IMG/VR virus record: IMGVR_UViG_3300023175_002562
Span: 1-30,018 of that record
From: a virus
Taxonomy: Duplodnaviria > Caudoviricetes
Reading direction: 5' to 3' (one strand)
DNA: 30,018 bases
Below are positions 6,815-16,606 of this stretch, piece by piece (position 1 is the stretch's first letter; each line of letters starts with the position of its first letter). A program made the translations under genes and the position numbers. The notes under the pieces are model-generated. The model saw only the letters and a program-made list of their open reading frames with translations, was not told where the DNA came from and searched no databases.

Positions 6815-7171
6815 TCAATACAACTTTATTTCTCTGTAATTTGAATTGGTGATTTCATTTATTTCTTTTTTAATTCTTGCTCTTTCATCATTTGTTTTAT
6901 AAACTTCTCTCGCAAGAGAAATAAATTCATCATCAAATTCTTTCAATTTTTCTTTTTCTCTAATTTTATCTTCCACTCTCCACAATTTTTTATTTATTTT
7001 TTTCAATTTAACTTCATGATCAAGAATGTATTGTGTGAGTGTCATTTTGATTTGATTCAAGTGCTCCAATTCTTTCTGGACATATTCATTATCAGTGTAC
7101 ATCAGTTTTATTTCAAGAATTGTAATTTTATCAATCAATTCCCCAACTGATATTGGGACTGTAATAATCAT
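6815..7171 (-). CDS. DUF6165-like hypothetical protein
   Basis: VPISVGELIDKITILEIK...LWRVEDKIR...FISLAREVYKTNDERARIKKEIN...EIKLY. Confidence 0.75.
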   Translation of the reverse strand: MIITVPISVGELIDKITILEIKLMYTDNEYVQKELEHLNQIKMTLTQYILDHEVKLKKINKKLWRVEDKIREKEKLKEFDDEFISLAREVYKTNDERARIKKEINEITNSNYREIKLY

Positions 7172-7175
7172 AAGG

Positions 7176-7607
7176 TCAATAGGCTACACATCTAAAGGCA
7201 CGAACACGGTAAGTATTTGTTTTATTCACATAATTACTGGATCCATTTTGATAGTTAACTGACCAAGCAGTTGTGTCATTACATTCAGTTCTACTCCAAT
7301 AATTATGAGAAGAATAAGAATCCCAATGAGATTTGCATTCATATCCAGGATTCTCAAGTTCTAATTTTGTCGGAACAAACCAGTCACGACAGGCAGCATT
7401 TGACTCTGCAGATCTTACAGCATCATCTATATTATCCCAGGTTGTTGACACCTCAGTAGATGCTGGTGCAACAATCCAGGCAATACCACCATTACGACAT
7501 ACTAAATTTCCAGAACTCTCGATAGTGTCACCTAATGACGCCCTTTGAACTAGAGTACGTTCAAATCTTTGGTGTGCTTCAAATGTTCGTCCAAATATGA
7601 TTCCCAT
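7176..7607 (-). CDS. DUF1566/Lcl C-type-lectin-fold-like protein
   Basis: WFVPTKLEL, YWSRTE, AWSVNY and terminal VRAFR. Paralog of 19766-20191 and 20199-20639. Confidence 0.7.
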   Translation of the reverse strand: MGIIFGRTFEAHQRFERTLVQRASLGDTIESSGNLVCRNGGIAWIVAPASTEVSTTWDNIDDAVRSAESNAACRDWFVPTKLELENPGYECKSHWDSYSSHNYWSRTECNDTTAWSVNYQNGSSNYVNKTNTYRVRAFRCVAY

Positions 7608-7634
7608 TATGGAAAAATTAATTTAATCCTCATG

Positions 7635-8609
7635 CTATTTATAATTCATGTTCAAAGGAGATTTATTGGTTTTGCTTAATGGTCGTTCCTTTTTATTTTC
7701 CCCCTCAATATTAAATATAATTTCTTTGTATGCTTTTTCAATTTCATCCTGTGTAAATTCAATCCTTGGCTCATTTAACCTAGAGGATAAATGAGAATGA
7801 AATGCAGAAATTCTCATTGCTTCGGGATAGAATTTTTCGTCCCTCTCAATAATATGAAAATTATCATATGTGATATTGATAGGATGAGTTCCAGCAACAA
7901 CAACTGATGCCTTTTTATCAAAACATTTTCTGATATGCTGTCCGCAACTATCACATCCAATGAAATAATCAACGGCATCTATTATCGCACACCATTCTCT
8001 CAAATTTGGATCAGGATCTGGTTTGTATGTTTTTTTATTATGAAAATCTTTTGCTCCCATAAAAATTACATTATAATCTTTTGTTAGATTATCAATAAAA
8101 TAATCTAACATATTATTTGGAATAGATCTAAGACTATCATCAAACACTCCAGAGTCATGTGGTAACGCAGTAGATCCATATGGTTGAATTAAAATAGTTT
8201 TCTCCTTTTTGTGTTGCTCCTTTGCCTCTTGGATGATTTCAAATGCCTTTCTTTTTTCTGCCAAAGAAAGGCGAAGTTGCATTGGTGGTAGATCATCATG
8301 TTCAGACGCTTCATTAATACAGATATCAAATGCTTCTCTCAAAGAGATTTCATTTCTATAATATGCAGGAATGCGATAAGGTTCTGGAGAGATTACCTTA
8401 TCTGCCTTCCAGAATAGATCAAAAGATCCTTTTGAGTCTGGATTAAAAGTTCTCTCCTGAAGTTCAGAGAATCCCCAGGTAATGTAATCCCACCCAAGAA
8501 TCATAATATACCACTCTTCATCTGGATGATTCTTATGATATTTAAGTAGTGCTGGAAGAGCAGTAATAATTCTACCAAATCCACCATCAAGAGTTATAAT
8601 TGTAGTCAT
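7635..8609 (-). CDS. GT-B glycosyltransferase (GT9/heptosyltransferase-like)
   Basis: N-terminal DGGFG, ILIQPYGS and IDAVDYFIGCDSCGQH (GxDSxxxH, GT9-like). Confidence 0.65.
   Translation of the reverse strand: MTTIITLDGGFGRIITALPALLKYHKNHPDEEWYIMILGWDYITWGFSELQERTFNPDSKGSFDLFWKADKVISPEPYRIPAYYRNEISLREAFDICINEASEHDDLPPMQLRLSLAEKRKAFEIIQEAKEQHKKEKTILIQPYGSTALPHDSGVFDDSLRSIPNNMLDYFIDNLTKDYNVIFMGAKDFHNKKTYKPDPDPNLREWCAIIDAVDYFIGCDSCGQHIRKCFDKKASVVVAGTHPINITYDNFHIIERDEKFYPEAMRISAFHSHLSSRLNEPRIEFTQDEIEKAYKEIIFNIEGENKKERPLSKTNKSPLNMNYK
7636..7643 (-). promoter_or_regulatory. T4-type late promoter TATAAATA
   Basis: Exact TATAAATA overlapping the upstream stop, 28 nt before the ATG at 7607. Confidence 0.6.
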
Positions 8610-10312
8610 TATGAATAAGAAATTTTGTTTGAAGGTGTAATTGGCGAAATTATATAATTGTTTAATACCAAATAGTCAATGTCAAGATTGATAAATGCTT
8701 CAATAGCATCCTCTGGTGTTTCTACAATGGGTTTTCCATTGTCATTGAATGAGGTATTTAAAATCACAGGAACTTTAGAAACATCATTAAACTTTCTAAT
8801 CAGAGTTGTAACCTCTGGATATAATTCTTCATTGGCAGTTTGGATTCTACATGTATGATCTACATGTGTAATTGCTGCTATTTGATCTCGTTTATCTTCT
8901 TTAACTGTAAGAGAGTATAGCATATATGGGGAGCAAAAGTCTTCCTCAAAGTAATCGTTCAAGTGTTCTTCAAGAATAATTCCAGCAAAAGGTCTCCAGT
9001 TTTCTCTATGTTTTACTCTTAAATTCATAATGTCTTTATTGGATGCTGGTCCTGGGTGCATCAACAAAGAACGAGATCCTAATGCTCTCGGTCCAAACTC
9101 TGATCTACCTTGAAACCATCCAATAATTTTATTTTCACTAAGTTTCTGTGCCGTGAACTCACAAAGTTCCTCAAAATTATCATATTTTTTATACTTCAAT
9201 TTAAATTTTTTCAATTGAGTTTCTACTTCTTCATCAGAATATTTTTTTCCAAGAAGAGCTATGTTTTTTGGCAAAGAAACTTTTTGTTTTGATTTAAATA
9301 CTCCATAACATGCCGCACCAAAATGAAGACCAGAATCACTGGTGCAAGGGGGAATGTGAATATTGAATCCAAGACTTTTTATTCTACTATTTGCTAAAAC
9401 ATTTAGAAATGATCCTCCAGCAAGACATATATTATCTTCAAGATAATTTAGATCTCTAAGATCCGAAAAATATTCTACCATCGCATCTTCAAAATTTTTC
9501 TGAACAATATAAGCTCTTTCATCGGCACTAATCAAAGAGTAATGTTTATTCTGAAATACTATGTAAGGAAAATCTCCATATACTAGATCTTTTGATTTTT
9601 CATATTCCTTACAATCATCAAACTTTTCGGACTTTCCATAGGCAGAAAGTCCCATAATCTTACCATCCCAAGTCTCTCTATGCTCTTCATCATATTCTCC
9701 AATAGATTTTGAAGTCTTTTTACAATAAATTCGATGCGAATTATCGTGATAGTAAGCTCCAAAATTATTTGTTTCCCTTATGCCATTAAAAACCCTTAAA
9801 ATATTTTTTTCTTTATTAAAGTATCCTATTGTATTTGTTTCATAAGATAAAATTTCTTCATATCTACTACCATATATTATAGATCCTGCACCATCTATTG
9901 TAACAATACTTCCCTCATTAAAATCAGAAGAAAATACTGATGATGCGACATGAGAAAGGTGATGAGATACTACATGGAATTTTGCATTTGGAAAAAGTTT
10001 TTCTATTTTTTCTTTAATCTCACCATTATAAAATCTTCTATAAAAAATTTCAACACACATTGAAGGAATATAAATTTCATCTACATCTTCATACGAAATA
10101 TTTCCCTCTTCCAAACAGTATTCAATAGATTTTGTTGGGAAATTTCCTTCATATTTTTTATGTGTCAATCTTTCTTCAGAAATAGAAGAAACGTGTTCCC
10201 CATCAATGAAAAGAGTTGCTCCAGAATCATGTACCCAGGTATAATCTCCCTGATCATTTTTGGACTTGTTTGCTTCCCAGTCAAACGCACCATAAATTCC
10301 CATCACAATCAT
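8609..10312 (-). CDS. O-carbamoyltransferase (NodU/CmcH/TobZ family)
   Basis: HDSGA, SEER, HHLSH, DGAG, GKIMGLSAYG, LAGG, GRSEFGPRALGSRS, RPFA and LNTSFN. Confidence 0.93.
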   Translation of the reverse strand: MIVMGIYGAFDWEANKSKNDQGDYTWVHDSGATLFIDGEHVSSISEERLTHKKYEGNFPTKSIEYCLEEGNISYEDVDEIYIPSMCVEIFYRRFYNGEIKEKIEKLFPNAKFHVVSHHLSHVASSVFSSDFNEGSIVTIDGAGSIIYGSRYEEILSYETNTIGYFNKEKNILRVFNGIRETNNFGAYYHDNSHRIYCKKTSKSIGEYDEEHRETWDGKIMGLSAYGKSEKFDDCKEYEKSKDLVYGDFPYIVFQNKHYSLISADERAYIVQKNFEDAMVEYFSDLRDLNYLEDNICLAGGSFLNVLANSRIKSLGFNIHIPPCTSDSGLHFGAACYGVFKSKQKVSLPKNIALLGKKYSDEEVETQLKKFKLKYKKYDNFEELCEFTAQKLSENKIIGWFQGRSEFGPRALGSRSLLMHPGPASNKDIMNLRVKHRENWRPFAGIILEEHLNDYFEEDFCSPYMLYSLTVKEDKRDQIAAITHVDHTCRIQTANEELYPEVTTLIRKFNDVSKVPVILNTSFNDNGKPIVETPEDAIEAFINLDIDYLVLNNYIISPITPSNKISYS

Positions 10313-10348
10313 AAATTTTACCTCAAATTTTCATTTCAATGCTGATGT

Positions 10349-10618
10349 TTACTCATCAATCTCATCTAAAAATTTTGATGCTTCTCTTTCCATTTCATCC
10401 CAATTCATTTTATTAATCCCTTCGTATCCAACCTCCGCCAGAAGTTTTATATATCCTCTCGGAACAACCTCAAGTTTAAAGTAATCCTTTACACTTTCAT
10501 AATCCGGATGATCAGTTTGAATTCTTAAATCCATTACATGAAGAACTTTTTTCACATCTTCAAGAGTTTGGATTTTATCAACAGACAATTTATATCTTCT
10601 TGTTGGTTTTTCAGTCAT
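10349..10618 (-). CDS. Hypothetical protein
   Basis: ORF track; likely start MTEKPT at 10618, overlapping the upstream stop. Confidence 0.6.
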   Translation of the reverse strand: MTEKPTRRYKLSVDKIQTLEDVKKVLHVMDLRIQTDHPDYESVKDYFKLEVVPRGYIKLLAEVGYEGINKMNWDEMEREASKFLDEIDE

Positions 10619-11429
10619 AATTAACTTCAAATGAATTCATTTTAGAATATTTAGACCACCATTGCAAGTGGTTAATATGAGGATCTTTTTGCCTCTCAAA
10701 TTGAACATGAAGGGCGAGAGATGGTATGGGATTAACTCGCACTACATGATTCTCCCATATGTCACATATCGTATTTCCCTCATGAACCAGTTCATCTATT
10801 GGATCAACTCCATTCCAAGGTGTATACTTTGATGCTAGTTTTTCAAAAAGTTCCCAGTGATCTTGAAACACTTTTGGTGTTGTCATCATTGTAAATGTTG
10901 TCCATATTCCCTCCTTCCAATGTCTAACTGGAGTTCTAAACACCCTGCCAGGAAAGATATGTCCCAACTCATAATCCTCGGGATTGTCAAAAGGAAATAA
11001 GCAAAGTTCCTTATCCAAATTATAACATGATTTTAGATACTGATAAGAAGATAACATTTCTGATATTGCTTCCGTGCAGTGTAAGTAATCATCTTCTACG
11101 GAGTATATTAGATCGGCATTAGAATTTTTGCAGTATTCAAATTGCTTGAGTCCACTAAAACGAAATCCAGGAACTTCAAGATCTATAAGTTTATATGGAT
11201 GTTTGGAGTATGAAAAAATTTTCTGTATCTCATCAATACAATTTTTAGTGCAGTGGTCATTCAGAATAAGAAATGAAACTTCATGCTGCGAAATTACATT
11301 TGCAGAATTAACTAAGGAACTAACACATCCTAATAGTAAATTTTTTTTAGATAGATCAATATATCTTGCTTTGTCTTTACCATGAATGTTTTTTCCGTCA
11401 TGTATTCTTACAACAATTTCAAGTTTCAT
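10611..11429 (-). CDS. GT-A fold glycosyltransferase (GT2-like)
   Basis: ILNDHCT, IYSVEDDYLH (acidic metal-binding motif) and C-terminal PIPSLALH. Confidence 0.65.
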   Translation of the reverse strand: MKLEIVVRIHDGKNIHGKDKARYIDLSKKNLLLGCVSSLVNSANVISQHEVSFLILNDHCTKNCIDEIQKIFSYSKHPYKLIDLEVPGFRFSGLKQFEYCKNSNADLIYSVEDDYLHCTEAISEMLSSYQYLKSCYNLDKELCLFPFDNPEDYELGHIFPGRVFRTPVRHWKEGIWTTFTMMTTPKVFQDHWELFEKLASKYTPWNGVDPIDELVHEGNTICDIWENHVVRVNPIPSLALHVQFERQKDPHINHLQWWSKYSKMNSFEVNYD

Positions 11430-11437
11430 TTTTCAAT

Positions 11438-12082
11438 CTAATATGTTATCTCAAAAGATTTTTTTATCTCTATATTTACATTTCCTGCAATAGAAATACG
11501 ATAATCATCACTAGTATAAAATGGATATACTTGATGATTGAGACTAGAAGGAAACATTATCATTGTTCCTTCCCAAGATTTATCAACAGGGAGAGTCATG
11601 TTAGTAATTCTTCCAAAAATGTTTAGATAACTAAACGAAAACATGGAATTTAATTTAGTATTTGAATCCTTACAGTTTGAAAAATTTTGTTCTTCCTCAT
11701 GATCAAACGGCACTTGAATCCAAACAACATATGATAAGCTACATGAATGATCATGCATTGGATTAAACTCATATTTTTTCTGAAAGTTAATCCATTGATC
11801 TACAACTGCAAATCTTAATTTATCCACATCACCACCCTCTTCAGAAGAAAGATAAAACTTTTCAGATGAAGATTGTATATAAGGATTTAAAATTTCTTGA
11901 ATTATTTTTGGAGATTGATATTCTTTTTCAATATTACCAGCCAACTTGCTGTTCCATTTTTGAAAATCAGTTGAGTTTTCAAGAACTTTTTTCACTTCTA
12001 CTTTAATAGAATCAAGATCTTTTGATGATAGTTTAGTTTTTACGAAAATAGGTTCTTTGTGGTAATGTGTTACATGTTTCAT
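11438..12082 (-). CDS. 2OG-Fe(II) oxygenase-like protein (TIGR02466-like)
   Basis: WINFQKKYEFNPMHDH (HxH), LSYVVW, FPSSLNHQVYP (distal His) and YRISIAGN. Confidence 0.82.
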   Translation of the reverse strand: MKHVTHYHKEPIFVKTKLSSKDLDSIKVEVKKVLENSTDFQKWNSKLAGNIEKEYQSPKIIQEILNPYIQSSSEKFYLSSEEGGDVDKLRFAVVDQWINFQKKYEFNPMHDHSCSLSYVVWIQVPFDHEEEQNFSNCKDSNTKLNSMFSFSYLNIFGRITNMTLPVDKSWEGTMIMFPSSLNHQVYPFYTSDDYRISIAGNVNIEIKKSFEITY

Positions 12083-12086
12083 TTCA

Positions 12087-12884
12087 CTAATACTGAATTT
12101 GTAAGTTTTGTTGTTTCCTCCAAAATTCTAGTCCACTATATTTTTTAACTATCTCAGGCGGAAGAATGTTTCTTGGGGGATTGTACTCCACTTCATTTCT
12201 TACCGTATGCAATCCTTTCAAATTACATTTTTCATCAAATAGATCATTAGAATATCCCACTTCCTTAAAATTGTGAGGGAAGTAGGGTTTTTCTAAAAAT
12301 TCATATATCTGTCTCATTGTTTTTTCAGGTTCTCTACACAGATCCTCATACTCTATGATGTAAATCATTTCTGGATTAAAATAATATCCTTGATTTAACC
12401 ACATTAAAGACTTAGATACTGTTCCATCTGCAGGTTCCATTAACAGATCACACCGCTCAAAACAGGATTCAAGACTAGACTCCTCAACTATTGTATTGGG
12501 ATAAAAAGGATTTTTTGAAAAAATAATCTCAAATGAATTTAAGATAGAAACAATGTCCCTTACAGTACACAAAATTTTTGTATATGGAAAGAGTGATTTT
12601 AAAAAACTAGTTTTTTTAGTCCAAGTTCTTGAAGTGTCAAAGATAATTTGTTCCTTCCTATGCTTATAATATCCATCAAAAATTCCATATATTACATTCT
12701 TTCTTTGCTCTTCATTTACTAATAGATTAGACTCACTAGCACTGATTACCTCAAGGCACATTCCAGTTGCCGATTCTAATGGTGAAGATATATCGGCGTA
12801 AAAATTTGGATTTTGACTAAGAATACTTGAAAGCAATGTTGATCCGGATCTTGGAAGACCCGATATAAAATAATATGAATTCAT
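12087..12884 (-). CDS. PAPS-dependent sulfotransferase
   Basis: 5'-PSB loop ISGLPRSGSTLL, 3'-PB motif VRDIVSILNS and YEDL...PEKTM. Start reassigned to the ATG at 12884. Confidence 0.88.
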   Translation of the reverse strand: MNSYYFISGLPRSGSTLLSSILSQNPNFYADISSPLESATGMCLEVISASESNLLVNEEQRKNVIYGIFDGYYKHRKEQIIFDTSRTWTKKTSFLKSLFPYTKILCTVRDIVSILNSFEIIFSKNPFYPNTIVEESSLESCFERCDLLMEPADGTVSKSLMWLNQGYYFNPEMIYIIEYEDLCREPEKTMRQIYEFLEKPYFPHNFKEVGYSNDLFDEKCNLKGLHTVRNEVEYNPPRNILPPEIVKKYSGLEFWRKQQNLQIQY

Positions 12885-12885
12885 A

Positions 12886-13500
12886 TTATTTTTGTGGGTA
12901 TATGGTTCCTTTGGGAAGAGCAATTAAACTAAAAGATATTGAGATTGTTTCTTCATCATGATCATTTGGTTCCACGGATACGGGAAGATAAGACGGGTAT
13001 AACAAAACACTTCCCTCAACAGGAACAACACGAATAACTTCTGCCGTAAATTGATTCTTTTCTTTTGCAAGTTGGCGTCCATACCAAAGAGGATTCAACG
13101 ATGGATTGCGAATACAAAATTTACCACTTCCATGTGGAGCCTTTAAATAAAAAACACCAGTAAAAGTGTCTCCATGTACGTGTTCACTAATAATACATTG
13201 ACGACTATCATTCACATTCAACCAGGCAGACGTTAAGGCAATATCACATGGAACAAAATCAAGATCAGAAACTGCTTTGAATCCCATTTGGCAGAAATAT
13301 TCAAAAAGTTCTTTTAGTTCTGCAACTCCTTGAAGTGTATCTGGAGATTGATATCCATTAATGTTTGACCTGGGGGTTTCTTTTGTTGGATTATTTTCTT
13401 TGTATTCTTTTACTGCATTCAGAAATGATTCTTTATCATTTTCAAATTCCCAATAATCGCTCTGCCAGAAAGGAACAGAATAAATTGACGTAAGATCCAT
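12886..13500 (-). CDS. TIGR02466-like 2OG-Fe(II) oxygenase homolog with degenerate active site
   Basis: RSNINGYQS, AWLNVN, HVH and TGVFYL are present, but YPSYLPVSV and ETISISF lack the distal His and the Arg. Confidence 0.75.
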   Translation of the reverse strand: MDLTSIYSVPFWQSDYWEFENDKESFLNAVKEYKENNPTKETPRSNINGYQSPDTLQGVAELKELFEYFCQMGFKAVSDLDFVPCDIALTSAWLNVNDSRQCIISEHVHGDTFTGVFYLKAPHGSGKFCIRNPSLNPLWYGRQLAKEKNQFTAEVIRVVPVEGSVLLYPSYLPVSVEPNDHDEETISISFSLIALPKGTIYPQK

Positions 13501-13546
13501 AATTCAAGAATAATTTTAACTATTATAATTTATATGTGTTTAAAAA

Positions 13547-14752
13547 TCAAGTTTTTGTGTTCCCATAATAGATGACTTTGACCTTTTTATCTGTTTTAAA
13601 ATTTCTCCACATGTCAACAACGATACTGTCTTCGGGAATATCGCAATACAATTTATCCTCCTTAAAATATGTTGTAAAGGAACTATGTGCCAATAGAATT
13701 ACAGATGGTTCAAGAATTGTATCTTCTCCAACAAATGGATCAATATACTTTGGTTCAAATCCAAATTCTTCGCAATAGTTTCCAATCAAAATACTATAAC
13801 TTCCATCAATGTAAGGAACATCTGGTTTGTATGCTTTCCCATGAATTACAATTGGCATCCCATTCTGTTTAGCCAATTCAACTAGTTTTAAAGCAATGTT
13901 CTTTGCCTGAACCTCACGAGTATGCATGATTGAACCGAAAAAATCATATCCCAAATCAAGTTTTTGAGACAAGTATTTAAGTGCGATATTGTCTCTAGGA
14001 TGACAGGCACCCCCATCACCCATTCCCGCCTTCATATATTTGGAACTGATTATTCTATCTGTGGATTTGCAGAGAGCACCAGTAACTACATCTACATCAA
14101 TATTACCTTGCCTTTCTGCAACGTCTTGTATCATATTTACAAATGATAATTTGGTGCTGACTAAAGTGTTATAAAAAACTTTAATACATTCACATTCATC
14201 CCAATTTGATACAACTATGGGTGGATCGTTTTTGATTACACTTTTATATAATGAAATAAGAGTTTCCACTTCTCGATTGGATTCTCCACTTTCATTTCCC
14301 AGAATAATCAAATCTGGATTGATCATATCATGTTTGACTGATCCCATCGCAATAAAATATGGGTTGTAGACAAACCTAGGATTAGTAACATGTTGTACCA
14401 GATGTTCTCTTACTGTTCCTGGAAGAACTGTAGATATCAATACTAGAATCTGATTAGAATTCATGTATTGATTTGCCTCTTTGAGTACGTCCTGAACAAT
14501 AGAATAATCAAAGTCTTTTGGTGGAAGATCGGAAATGGGTTTTCTACCATCATATTTTGGGTCGTGTGGAGTTGGAATAGCAATGAAAACGATTTCCACA
14601 TCTTCAACTGCTTCTTTAATTGACGATTTAATGTCAATTAAATCTGTTTCTACATCTCGTATGTCATACCCTTTGACCAGATGCCCTTGTTCAGCAAATA
14701 CTTCTGAACAGGGAAGACCAAGTTTTCCAAGACCAATAAACGATAAATTCAT
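13547..14752 (-). CDS. UDP-glucose/GDP-mannose dehydrogenase family protein
   Basis: GLGKLG Rossmann motif, IAIPTP, STVLPGT, IKVFYN (catalytic Lys), GDGGACHPRD (catalytic Cys) and AYKP. Confidence 0.9.
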   Translation of the reverse strand: MNLSFIGLGKLGLPCSEVFAEQGHLVKGYDIRDVETDLIDIKSSIKEAVEDVEIVFIAIPTPHDPKYDGRKPISDLPPKDFDYSIVQDVLKEANQYMNSNQILVLISTVLPGTVREHLVQHVTNPRFVYNPYFIAMGSVKHDMINPDLIILGNESGESNREVETLISLYKSVIKNDPPIVVSNWDECECIKVFYNTLVSTKLSFVNMIQDVAERQGNIDVDVVTGALCKSTDRIISSKYMKAGMGDGGACHPRDNIALKYLSQKLDLGYDFFGSIMHTREVQAKNIALKLVELAKQNGMPIVIHGKAYKPDVPYIDGSYSILIGNYCEEFGFEPKYIDPFVGEDTILEPSVILLAHSSFTTYFKEDKLYCDIPEDSIVVDMWRNFKTDKKVKVIYYGNTKT

Positions 14753-15711
14753 TTTCTTTCCAGATCAAGTGTGACACAATGAAATCCTCCACCAAGAGTT
14801 CTTTGATGTCTCATGGGAAGCATGACACATTCAATGTTGTGCCTTTCCAATTCCTTTCTTAAGTTATGTTGATGTTCTTCAAGAACAACAAGGTTTTGAT
14901 TAATAGAAAACAAATTCATATTAATCCACTTAGAGGCATTATTATAACATGAATGGTATCCAATATCAACTGGTTCTGGACACCAAACAGCATCCCAATC
15001 ACAAAATGGTTTGGGAAGGATGTCTTTCGACTTTATCCTCTCAGGATTAAGAAGCATCAGACCATCTCTTAAAAATGCTACGGTGCTATCAATGTGCATG
15101 TAACTATAAACACCTTCAAGTGTATGAACCTTTACAGAACTTCCCAACAAATCTTGAAGTAATTGTGCTCCTTTTTTATTTCCACTGTTTGAAACAAGAT
15201 ACAGAACATCCCCATTAGCACGAATAATGTTTGCAGCATCAAATGCTGGTGAATGTTCTGTCAATGAAAGTACATCCTTATTGCCCAAGCATTCTAAATT
15301 ATAGAGTCTTTCATCATAAGAACAATCAACAGAAACCACATTATTTAAATGTTTGTCAAATGATTTCCATTCATTATGTCGTGCCCGAATAGGCATTGGC
15401 GTTGAAAGAGTTAGTTCACCGTGAATAAAAACACTATCTCTTGGACAATAGTTGTAATACTTTGGATTGTTTCTTTCTGGTCTAACTACCTCAACACCTT
15501 CAGATCTTAAGAAACTGACAAAGACCTCAAGATCCTCAGATGCTTCTTCTATTACTTGCTGAGGATAATTTCCTACAGAAATTTCTGACGTATCACTTAC
15601 GTCGGCATAGTTTATAGTCCTCATACTCAGTTCAAGCTCTGGAATTTTTGATTGTTCTACAACTCCAACAACAACTTTATTAAGTTGTGCCCATTCATTC
15701 TTAGAGTTCAT
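14749..15711 (-). CDS. Amidinotransferase (glycine / inosamine-phosphate amidinotransferase family)
   Basis: NEWAQL, CPRD, FDAAN (Asp), HIDST (His) and GGGFHCVT (Cys): an intact Asp-His-Cys triad. Confidence 0.9.
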   Translation of the reverse strand: MNSKNEWAQLNKVVVGVVEQSKIPELELSMRTINYADVSDTSEISVGNYPQQVIEEASEDLEVFVSFLRSEGVEVVRPERNNPKYYNYCPRDSVFIHGELTLSTPMPIRARHNEWKSFDKHLNNVVSVDCSYDERLYNLECLGNKDVLSLTEHSPAFDAANIIRANGDVLYLVSNSGNKKGAQLLQDLLGSSVKVHTLEGVYSYMHIDSTVAFLRDGLMLLNPERIKSKDILPKPFCDWDAVWCPEPVDIGYHSCYNNASKWINMNLFSINQNLVVLEEHQHNLRKELERHNIECVMLPMRHQRTLGGGFHCVTLDLERK

Positions 15712-15720
15712 TATAAAGAT

Positions 15721-16599
15721 CTAATTGTAAAAATGGTCAAATTTATTTCTATTTGATTTTTCATAAAAACTAACAGGAATTAATGGATCGTTTTTTTTAA
15801 ATTGTGCTGACAAAGTATCCGGATACTTTGGACACATTCCACATACAGGTTCTGCCTTTCTATTAAAAAATTCAACAATTTCATCGTCAGTGCATTTTGG
15901 AGTTAATGGAGTATATTTTAAATAAGGATTCCATTTTTCAGACAATAAATCACCATATTTTTCTTTTTGTAATTGTAAGTATGCAGTCATGCAGCATTTG
16001 TATATGTTGTCTTCGTACAATTGGAAACATTCATGACCAGAACGACAATACTTCCAAGCTTGTTCCGGGTCTTTATGGTCGAAAGGTTCAAAATTAATCC
16101 CAAATCCTTTATATGCAGTAGCCCAGTTATTATACATATCATTTACGTTTATTTCTATATCATAAGACTCCTTCCATTTATCCAATATTTTAAAAACTTT
16201 GGATAATTTATCTACATATTTTATATTTTTTGGGGTTGAATGTATTGATATTGATAAAGCACAATTTGTTTTTTCTAATGCTTCAGGCAAATCTTTATGA
16301 TTTTTTTCATTTAACAATAATCCATTTGTTACAAGTTCAAAACGAGAACCTTTTGGTTGTGTCCACATTTCCCGTGTTAGATAAATTATATCTACTAAGT
16401 TTTTGTGTAGTAAAGGTTCTCCTCCCAAAATTGCCATCAATTTTGGAGATACTCTATCACTCCACAAAGAGTACCAATTTTCCAATTCTTCAATATCAAC
16501 AAACCAATTATGTCCATGATTTGTAAAGTGCATACATCCCTGACATGTTAAATTACAATTATGAGTAATGTGCCACTCTAAATGAGGAATTTCTATCAT
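15721..16599 (-). CDS. Radical SAM protein with C-terminal Cys cluster
   Basis: CNLTCQGC (CxxxCxxC), GGEPLL, TNG and C-terminal C..C..CC..CGMC. Confidence 0.9.
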   Translation of the reverse strand: MIEIPHLEWHITHNCNLTCQGCMHFTNHGHNWFVDIEELENWYSLWSDRVSPKLMAILGGEPLLHKNLVDIIYLTREMWTQPKGSRFELVTNGLLLNEKNHKDLPEALEKTNCALSISIHSTPKNIKYVDKLSKVFKILDKWKESYDIEINVNDMYNNWATAYKGFGINFEPFDHKDPEQAWKYCRSGHECFQLYEDNIYKCCMTAYLQLQKEKYGDLLSEKWNPYLKYTPLTPKCTDDEIVEFFNRKAEPVCGMCPKYPDTLSAQFKKNDPLIPVSFYEKSNRNKFDHFYN

Positions 16600-16606
16600 T
16601 TGCTTT

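Noticed and set aside
8609-15711. Saxitoxin-like cluster (carbamoyltransferase, amidinotransferase, sulfotransferase and dioxygenases)
   Set aside because: The resemblance is only at the enzyme-class level. No SxtA-like PKS/AONS or other core sxt gene is present, and the glycosyltransferases and sugar enzymes point to glycan or protein tailoring.
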